Positions 54,971-62,400 of a DNA stretch of 64,000 nt are shown in pieces. Made by a program: the position numbers and the translations under genes. This stretch comes from a virus. Taxonomy: Duplodnaviria; Caudoviricetes. A model generated the notes under the pieces. It did not search any database, was not told where the DNA came from, and saw only the letters and a program-made list of their open reading frames with translations. Numbering within the stretch: the stretch's first letter is position 1; the number at the start of each line of letters is the position of its first letter. The stretch is from IMG/VR virus record IMGVR_UViG_3300028888_000115, positions 11,458 to 75,457 of that record; one strand, written 5' to 3'.

Positions 54971-56377
54971 ATGGCGACAAGGACTCTGCGTCCCCAAGAA
55001 GGTCCGCAGACGGCTTTTCTTGCCAGTTCGGCTTCTGTAACCATATATGGCGGAGCTGCGGGCGGAGGAAAGACCTACGCCGAGCTTTTGGCACCGCTGA
55101 GATACAAGGACGTCAAGGGCTTTAACTATACCATTTTCAGACGCGAGTATAAGCAGATCTTCAACGCTGGCGCACTCTGGGACGAGGCGATGGAGATGTA
55201 CTCCGGAATCAGGAGGGCCGTGCCGAAGTACACGACCGGTCAATGGCTGTTCCGGGACAAAAAGGGAAGCGTCGTATCGAAGATTACCTTCGCCCACATT
55301 GAGAACGACCTTGCGGTCCACACCTATCAGGGCTCACAGCTCTGCGGCATTGCTTTTGACGAGCTGACGCACTTCACGGAAAAGCAGTTCTTCTATATGC
55401 TGACCCGTAACAGAAGTACCTGCGGCGTGCCTCCGTTCGTGCTGGCGACAACGAACCCGGATGCGGACTCTTGGGTGGCTGAATTCATCTCATGGTGGAT
55501 TGATCAGGTAACTGGCTATGCGATCCCGGAGAGAAGCGGTGTGATTCGCTGGATGGTCCGAATTGACGACAAGGTCAGATGGGGCGATTCCCGGGAAGAA
55601 CTGATAGAGACCTATCACCTGACTACCAAAGAAGAACTGGCGATGATCAAGTCGGTGACCTTCATTGCTTCGAGCATCTATGACAACAAGGCCCTTCTGA
55701 AATCTGACCCGTCCTACCTTGGCAACCTGATGATGCAGCCGGAAGTCGAAAGAGAAAGACTTCTCAAAGGAAACTGGAAAATCAAGGCGGCAGCGGGACT
55801 CTACTTCAAACGCTCTCAGGTTACGATGGTGGATGAAGATCCATTGATGATGAGGGAGATTGTCCTGACGTGCAGAGCGTGGGACCTTGCGGCAACAGAA
55901 GACGACGCGGCAAAAGACCCGGACTACACGGCTGGCGTCCTGATGGGCCGATTCAGGAGCGGAGAAGTGATTGTTCTGGATGTGATCAATCAGAGAGTCA
56001 AGGCTGGCGAGGTCGAAAAGCTGATCTACAACACGACCGTAGCGGATGCGCAGAAATACGGCTTTGCCTACAGAGTCCGTATCCCTCAAGACCCGGGTGC
56101 GGCAGGAAAGATCGTTGCAAATTCCTACGTGCAGAAGCTTTCCGGGTACTCCGTGATCACGGAGAGGGTAACCGGAAGCAAGGTCAACAGGGCAACGCCG
56201 TTTGCGGCCCAGTGGCAGAACGGACACGTAAAGGTTTTGAAGGGCGAGTGGAATGATATGTACTTCAAGCAACTTGAGTCATTCCCAGAATCCAAGCACG
56301 ACGATATGGTCGACGGTAGCTCTGACTCTTTCAACGAACTGAGCAAGCCGCTGTTTGACCCGAGCAATCTCATATAA
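54971..56377 (+). CDS. terL: terminase large subunit
   Basis: YGGAAGGGKT, AFDELTHF, ATTNP, RAWDLAA, HDDMVD. Confidence 0.95.
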   Translation: MATRTLRPQEGPQTAFLASSASVTIYGGAAGGGKTYAELLAPLRYKDVKGFNYTIFRREYKQIFNAGALWDEAMEMYSGIRRAVPKYTTGQWLFRDKKGSVVSKITFAHIENDLAVHTYQGSQLCGIAFDELTHFTEKQFFYMLTRNRSTCGVPPFVLATTNPDADSWVAEFISWWIDQVTGYAIPERSGVIRWMVRIDDKVRWGDSREELIETYHLTTKEELAMIKSVTFIASSIYDNKALLKSDPSYLGNLMMQPEVERERLLKGNWKIKAAAGLYFKRSQVTMVDEDPLMMREIVLTCRAWDLAATEDDAAKDPDYTAGVLMGRFRSGEVIVLDVINQRVKAGEVEKLIYNTTVADAQKYGFAYRVRIPQDPGAAGKIVANSYVQKLSGYSVITERVTGSKVNRATPFAAQWQNGHVKVLKGEWNDMYFKQLESFPESKHDDMVDGSSDSFNELSKPLFDPSNLI

Positions 56378-56402
56378 TTCTTTTGTAAGGTTGGTGTATC
56401 TG

Positions 56403-57965
56403 ATGGCCGACAAAGATGCGATTAGACGATACAAGCAAAGACGCGACGCCAGACTTGGCTTCAAGACATCCATGCACTATGACAGCGTGGACGAGTACAG
56501 GAGACGCCGCGCGGAACGTCTTGGAATCCGCCTTGACGCCGATGACGATGAAAACAAGGGTGGGACGGGAAGACGCGGCGGCGGTCATGGAAACACCAAG
56601 ATCCCCTTTGGGCTTTGCCAGAGAGAAGGGATTGAGGTAAAGCCCGGATGGACACCGCAAGACGCATGGAACGCCTTGGAGGGCAAGGGCTATTCTGCTG
56701 GTGAGTCATACAAGGAACTGAAAGAGACAGGGAAGGTCTCAAAGAAAGCGGGCGGAACGTCCAAGACTGCTGCGCCGGGGAAGAAAGACTATGTAGCGAT
56801 GGACTATGATACCATTGCCAAGGAGTACGAGGACCACAACCGCCGTTATAAGGAGTCAGAAGAAAAGTACCGGAACAAAGGAAAGAGCATAAAGGCGATC
56901 AATGCGATGGCAAACCGCATCAAGACCATGAAGGAGCGCGGCGACTATCACGGAGAGAGCTATGAAGAGCTTGAAAAGGCTGCAAACCAAGATCCGTCTG
57001 ACCTTGACGGAGACTCTTTTGCCCGGTACTATGCGCAGACCTTTGCGAAGAAGGCAATGGACATGTTCGGTCGCGATGTTTTTTCAAAGAGTGATGACGA
57101 AGTTGCCAAGATGGCGGCGGAGAGAGTGGAAGAGCTTGAAAGCATCAACTTTGCAACGCTTAACGAGGAGCGTGCCGCGATCCAGAAGGCGATGACCGAA
57201 AAGGCAAAAGAGAAGTATCCGAATATATCCGATTGTGATACGCCAATTGCGCTTGAGGCAAGAATGCGCGGCGACGACTTCTTCCAGACCGGAGACCTCC
57301 TGTCCGGCACGATGGCTTATCATGCACTTGACACAAAAACGATCGGCGGCATCGGAAAGGCGATGGATGGCATTAAGCAGAAGTTCCCGGAACTGAAAGG
57401 GAAACTGCATCCCTTCCTCGTAGGCGATGATGTGGAGGCAAATGCGTATGCCCACTGCGAAATCAGCGCGTGGAGCGATGCGCAGGTTGTTTTGAGCAGC
57501 AAGAGATTCGGCGACGGTGAGAAGCTTCAGGAGAGCCTGAAGAACGACGTGAAGGAAGGCTTCCATCCGAGAGGGACGGCAAGCTTTGAGGCGGTTGTTA
57601 CTCACGAGTACGGTCACGCAATCGACGACTGGCTGAGCAAAACGTACAAGGAAGAGCTTGGCGGAAAGCCGTTCTGCCAATATGTGATCGGCAGGATCAT
57701 GGAAAACCACCCGCATGAGGATAAATACAGTATCATGCGGAAGGTGAGCAAGTATGCGGTAAACAACAAGTCTCCTGAAGGAATGGAGTTCCTTGGTGAG
57801 GCGTTTTCGGAATACTGCTGCGCAAAGAAGCCGAGACCTATTGCAATGGAAGTGGGGCAGATTATGAAAGAGTTCATCCAAAACCCAAAGAGTGCTCTTG
57901 AACCGAAAAAGCCCAAGTGGACGTTTGCGCCGCCAGACGACGAAGACGACGCCCCACTGTTTTAA
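56403..57965 (+). CDS. putative capsid-cargo protein 5 with C-terminal zincin metallopeptidase domain
   Basis: Two tandem leader copies; GHGNTKIPFGLC module; THEYGHAID; SKYA...EFLGEAF. Confidence 0.78.
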   Translation: MADKDAIRRYKQRRDARLGFKTSMHYDSVDEYRRRRAERLGIRLDADDDENKGGTGRRGGGHGNTKIPFGLCQREGIEVKPGWTPQDAWNALEGKGYSAGESYKELKETGKVSKKAGGTSKTAAPGKKDYVAMDYDTIAKEYEDHNRRYKESEEKYRNKGKSIKAINAMANRIKTMKERGDYHGESYEELEKAANQDPSDLDGDSFARYYAQTFAKKAMDMFGRDVFSKSDDEVAKMAAERVEELESINFATLNEERAAIQKAMTEKAKEKYPNISDCDTPIALEARMRGDDFFQTGDLLSGTMAYHALDTKTIGGIGKAMDGIKQKFPELKGKLHPFLVGDDVEANAYAHCEISAWSDAQVVLSSKRFGDGEKLQESLKNDVKEGFHPRGTASFEAVVTHEYGHAIDDWLSKTYKEELGGKPFCQYVIGRIMENHPHEDKYSIMRKVSKYAVNNKSPEGMEFLGEAFSEYCCAKKPRPIAMEVGQIMKEFIQNPKSALEPKKPKWTFAPPDDEDDAPLF

Positions 57966-58036
57966 TTTAAGAAACCGAAAAAGTGGCTGGTCTGCGGATC
58001 AGCCTCTTTTTGTCGTTATACAGGGAGGAATAAGCA

Positions 58037-61000
58037 ATGGATACTCTCGCAATTGCTCTGTACCGGCAGCGAAGGGAAGAACGCCTTGCTGCGCGTGGGA
58101 TCAGAGTCAAGAAAAGGCAGTACCGAAAATCCAAGGACCTGAAAAAACTGGATAAACAGCCTCCGGTGCCGACCTTCCGGAAAGACGCAGACGGAGACGA
58201 TGATCAGCAGAACGAGCAGAAGCGAGGCGGTGGCGGCGGTCACGGTAATACGAAGCTTCCGTTCGGCCTGTGCCAGAAATACGGCATCGAGATCGGCGAT
58301 GGATGGACGCCAAAGGACGCGTGGGATGCTTTGGCCGGTAAAGGTGTGACTCCCGGAGAAATTTACCGGAAACTGAGAGCAGGCGAAGAGATCGGTCCGG
58401 ATATCAAGACGGAGCCGCCGAAGAAAGATCCGGTCAAGACCATTGACGGTTCCGGTGGCAAATACTATCTCAAAGACCTGAAGGCACGTCAGACTTGGGG
58501 CTATCGTGGCGAAAGGCCGTGGGCTCTGGAAGGAACGCCAGAGTGGCGTGATGATGTGCCGGAAGACGAAAGACACGGATATCGGTCTACATGGCTTGGC
58601 AGATTCGCAACGCTGACAGACATGTATTACTTCCTGAAAAGGAAGGGCGTGGAAGAGTTCATGGACCCTGAGACAGGAGAACTGGTGAATCCGGTCGAGA
58701 TGGAGCTTCCGACCATGCTTTATTCGGACGGCGAGCGTGGATACAGCGCTATGGCGATCGGTATGAAGAAGGACCTGTATGCGATCACCGGCACTGACTT
58801 CATGGGCAAAAAGCGAGCTGTGAAGGAGTTCCGGTCTCTGGAAGACGCGAAGCAGTGGCTTGAGCGTCACGGCGTTTCCGAGGATGACGTGAAACTGTCT
58901 CCCGCACTCAAAAAGAGAGAGACCGAACGTCTGAGCTGGCTGACTTCCGACAAAAAAGAATACGTGGAGGTCGACGGCGTCAGATACGGCGACCTGAGAA
59001 TGCAGAAAGAGCGCTATGGCGGATGGTATGAGTTGTTCGGCGAAGATGAGGACGGACGACAGAAGAAACTGAGCTTCTCATCCAAGACCGAACTGCTGAA
59101 ATACCTGAAGGATCAGGGCGTCGAGAAGGTCAGAGACCAAGACAAGAGCATTGTGAATCCGACCGAACTGGATATTCCGGATGCTCTGGTGAAAATCGAC
59201 AACACATCTTATCAGAGCTTCGAGTACCAGCTTAGAGGCGGAGACCTGATGCTTTACGGCACAGATCTGGACGGAGAAACACACTCCATCGACTACATGA
59301 GGAAGTACGAGACCTTCGAGGCCTTCAGAGAGAGGATGGCCGAAAAGGGCATCGAGTCCGACGACTGGATCAGCGAAGACGACGAAGTCAAGGAGCATAT
59401 CAAGAGAGTCAAAAAGGAGCAGGAGGATCAGGAACGCCGGAGGAAGGAGTTCCCGAGCAAGGCAGTTCCGGTTCTTGGCGGCATGTACATGGAGCCGAAA
59501 CTGGTTTGGAACGGTCCCGGCAGTTCTTTGGAACTGAGAGGATACGACAGCTACGGCAGAGACTATTGCATCGCCACGCAGAGCAACATGGCTGACATGA
59601 TCGACCTGATGGAAAAGAACGGGCTGAATCCGGGCGACCTTATCAAGGACCATGAGCTTCGGGCGGAATACGACCGCATTGACAAGATCAGGAAAGACTT
59701 TGACGCTACGGCGGAAGACTTCGGATCTGGCAAGTATGCGGATATCTCTGTTTCTGTGGATAGTCTCGGGGAATACCGCCTTGTTGGATACGAGAGAAGC
59801 GGCAAGCTGCGCAGACTCACCTACGGCGGCGACATGTATTCTCTCACGGACCAGATGGAAAAGGGCGGTATCACAGATATCGACAAGTACATCAAGGACG
59901 ACAAGATCCGTCAGGAGTACGAGACCTTCAAAAAGCGTATTGCAGAGTTCGAGCAGAAGGCAATCGATATCGACGGCTACAGACTGTCAGACGTTGAAGT
60001 TGTGGCAGCGGATGACCCCGGCAAGTTCAAGGTGATCGGCTACGACAAGAAGGGCAGCAGAAAAACAATGTCCATGAGCACGGACATGTATTCCACGGTT
60101 CGGTATGCCAAGTCGAGAGGATTGAATGTTGAAGACTTCATCAAGCAGCCGGAGGTCAAGCAGGCTTATCAGGAGTACAAGAAGATTCAGGAGAAGTTCG
60201 ATTCTGAGGCCAAGGACTTCGGCGGCGAAAAGTATCTGGACCTGAAAATGGAGTATGACAGTGACGGATGGTACCGTCTGAAGGGCACAGATATCCGAGG
60301 CAGACGCAAAACGATTGTCGAATCCACAAGCGCCTACACGATGGACGAGAAGCTCAAGACCTCCGGCATGAGCAGCGACCTGACGATAGATTCCTTTGAT
60401 CCTTCCGAGAGTATGAAGGAGCGGAAGAAGGTCCTGCAAAAGGCCAAAGACGCGGTTGCGAGCGGCGAGTATTATGATATGGGCGTTGACGGGCAGGCCT
60501 TTAAGTCTATCCACGCGGACAAGATCGGCGACAAGTGGTCCATCAAGGGTATCGACATTGACGGAAAGGAAAAGCAGATTACCGAGACCTCCGACTGGGA
60601 CGAAACGGTAGACACCCTTGAAAAGTTCAATGTTAAGGACTACAAGCTTCTGACAAAAGACGGGACCTACGGAAGACCTGCGGACGGCATGCGTCATGTG
60701 ATGCTGCTGAGGGGAACAGACGGATCGTTCCGGGTATATGCGGACAGCGCGTCCAAAGGAACGCACGCTGAGGTGTACTCCACGACGACCGAGGAAGCAG
60801 CCAAACAATGGCTTCGAGATAACAATGTGGATACCGGCAGCATCAAGACCAGAGGAATGAATCCGAACGACGATGCGCCGAGAAGCCACACCCAGCCGTC
60901 CCTGAGCAAGTTCGATGTGTACCGCATGGACCGGATCAGCAAGAGCTATATCGACGACCTGACAGCCGATGAAAAGAGCGAGATCGCCGAAATGCTGACA

Positions 61001-61768
61001 ACGGTATTTCAGACGGGAGCTTATCGTGTAGCGAGAAGCACATCGAGCTTCGGCGCGATCATCGAGAACGGCTATAAGAGCCAAGTAGAAACCGGCAAAG
61101 GCGGTTCCGGTGCTGCGCAGGACAAGGAACTCAGAAAGAAAGCCTCCAAAATCTTCTACGGTCACGATGGCCTTGACGACAAGGATTATGAGAAGTGCGG
61201 CTATATCGGATTTGCGGATGAAGCGGAAGACTGGGACGACAGTGCACATCCGGGCTATGGCGGCAGAAGCCCCCTGACCTACACCTTGCGGAAAGACACT
61301 ATGAAGGACCGCACGACCTACACCTACGGCGATTCACTGAATACGAGACGCTGGATGGCCTGCGCTGGCTATGCCGGGGACAAGCCGACAATCGAGGGCA
61401 TGTCTGCATTGGACAGCGACTACTACGTCAAGAATGCTCTGGAATCCTACCGAAGGTACAAGAACGGCGAGATCAGCTACAAGGAAATGTTCGATGATAT
61501 CCGAAGGTATGCAAACAACGGGTACATTGAACTTCAATTCCACGGCCCCGTTACGGTTGCGGATATCGAGAAGGTCTCTTTCAACAGCAAGAAGGATCTG
61601 GAAGCGGCGTTCAACAAAATGTCCGACACCCGCAGAAAGAAAGTCATCGGACTGCTGCGCCAGAACGGAGTCCAGTTGATCTATCGAGAGAACAGACGAA
61701 GCGAATTTCAGGACGCTTGGGAATGGATAAAAGATCAATATCCAGGTGACTTTTCGGCAGAAGTGTGA
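58037..61768 (+). CDS. putative capsid-cargo protein 6 (1243 aa): leader, about 9 internal repeats, C-terminal ART-fold (DUF3626-like) domain
   Basis: AIALYRQRREERL..RKDA; GHGNTKLPFGLC; YKSQVETG..RTTYTYGDSLN..YIELQFHGPVTVADIEKV. Confidence 0.7.
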   Translation: MDTLAIALYRQRREERLAARGIRVKKRQYRKSKDLKKLDKQPPVPTFRKDADGDDDQQNEQKRGGGGGHGNTKLPFGLCQKYGIEIGDGWTPKDAWDALAGKGVTPGEIYRKLRAGEEIGPDIKTEPPKKDPVKTIDGSGGKYYLKDLKARQTWGYRGERPWALEGTPEWRDDVPEDERHGYRSTWLGRFATLTDMYYFLKRKGVEEFMDPETGELVNPVEMELPTMLYSDGERGYSAMAIGMKKDLYAITGTDFMGKKRAVKEFRSLEDAKQWLERHGVSEDDVKLSPALKKRETERLSWLTSDKKEYVEVDGVRYGDLRMQKERYGGWYELFGEDEDGRQKKLSFSSKTELLKYLKDQGVEKVRDQDKSIVNPTELDIPDALVKIDNTSYQSFEYQLRGGDLMLYGTDLDGETHSIDYMRKYETFEAFRERMAEKGIESDDWISEDDEVKEHIKRVKKEQEDQERRRKEFPSKAVPVLGGMYMEPKLVWNGPGSSLELRGYDSYGRDYCIATQSNMADMIDLMEKNGLNPGDLIKDHELRAEYDRIDKIRKDFDATAEDFGSGKYADISVSVDSLGEYRLVGYERSGKLRRLTYGGDMYSLTDQMEKGGITDIDKYIKDDKIRQEYETFKKRIAEFEQKAIDIDGYRLSDVEVVAADDPGKFKVIGYDKKGSRKTMSMSTDMYSTVRYAKSRGLNVEDFIKQPEVKQAYQEYKKIQEKFDSEAKDFGGEKYLDLKMEYDSDGWYRLKGTDIRGRRKTIVESTSAYTMDEKLKTSGMSSDLTIDSFDPSESMKERKKVLQKAKDAVASGEYYDMGVDGQAFKSIHADKIGDKWSIKGIDIDGKEKQITETSDWDETVDTLEKFNVKDYKLLTKDGTYGRPADGMRHVMLLRGTDGSFRVYADSASKGTHAEVYSTTTEEAAKQWLRDNNVDTGSIKTRGMNPNDDAPRSHTQPSLSKFDVYRMDRISKSYIDDLTADEKSEIAEMLTTVFQTGAYRVARSTSSFGAIIENGYKSQVETGKGGSGAAQDKELRKKASKIFYGHDGLDDKDYEKCGYIGFADEAEDWDDSAHPGYGGRSPLTYTLRKDTMKDRTTYTYGDSLNTRRWMACAGYAGDKPTIEGMSALDSDYYVKNALESYRRYKNGEISYKEMFDDIRRYANNGYIELQFHGPVTVADIEKVSFNSKKDLEAAFNKMSDTRRKKVIGLLRQNGVQLIYRENRRSEFQDAWEWIKDQYPGDFSAEV

Positions 61769-61774
61769 TATAAT
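61766..61774 (+). promoter_or_regulatory. extended -10 promoter for the downstream small gene
   Basis: TG-A-TATAAT at the end of cargo 6. Confidence 0.5.
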
Positions 61775-61791
61775 ATAAAGGGTGATAAAAG

Positions 61792-62154
61792 ATGAAGCTG
61801 ATAGGAAAACTGGATGGTCTTCCACTCTTTGAGGTCGAGGAAGGAAAGTATATCGCCGTCAATCCGGACACGGAAACCTGCAAGGTCCTGTGGAGCTGGC
61901 TGGCGGTCCTCGGCAGATGGTACGACACCTTTGAGAAGTGCGACGAGTGCGAAGAGGAAGTGGCGTGCCTGCATCTGATCGAGCAGAACAAGGAAGAGCT
62001 TGCGGAGCATCTGACCACCATCGAAAAAGAGAAGGAGTCGGACGATTTCCAAGAGTGGATGGAAAAGCAGCAGGAGTTTTATGACTGGCTGGACAGCAAC
62101 CGGGAGTATGACTTCACGGAAGGCTACGTGGACGAAGAAGAGGACGAAGGCTGA
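61792..62154 (+). CDS. acidic small protein, putative immunity partner of cargo 6
   Basis: Follows the ART-like domain; own extended -10. Confidence 0.6.
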   Translation: MKLIGKLDGLPLFEVEEGKYIAVNPDTETCKVLWSWLAVLGRWYDTFEKCDECEEEVACLHLIEQNKEELAEHLTTIEKEKESDDFQEWMEKQQEFYDWLDSNREYDFTEGYVDEEEDEG

Positions 62155-62220
62155 CAGTTCTCTATTTTGTTTCCACGGCGGATGACAAGCGGCACTTTAC
62201 AAGTGCTTTAAGGTTTACGG

Positions 62221-62278
62221 TTTGTTCATGAAAGTGACACCTGCTTGTGATAAAATTGCTATGATGGTATAGGTGTAG
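62221..62278 (+). promoter_or_regulatory. 58-bp conserved element (putative late promoter), copy 2
   Basis: Near-identical to 42433-42490; upstream of portal. Confidence 0.7.
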
Positions 62279-62318
62279 GGTGCAAAAGGAACCGACACCA
62301 CCAAAGAAAACATTAGGA

Positions 62319-62357
62319 CCCGGTAACGTTCTTGGCGTTACCGGGCTTTTTCTCTTT
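62319..62357 (+). terminator. leader terminator-like hairpin upstream of portal
   Basis: CCCGGTAACG/CGTTACCGGG followed by T-tract. Confidence 0.7.
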
Positions 62358-62400
62358 ATGCGCAGAAGGGCGCTGCCCTTCCGGAAAGGAGGGCGCAACG

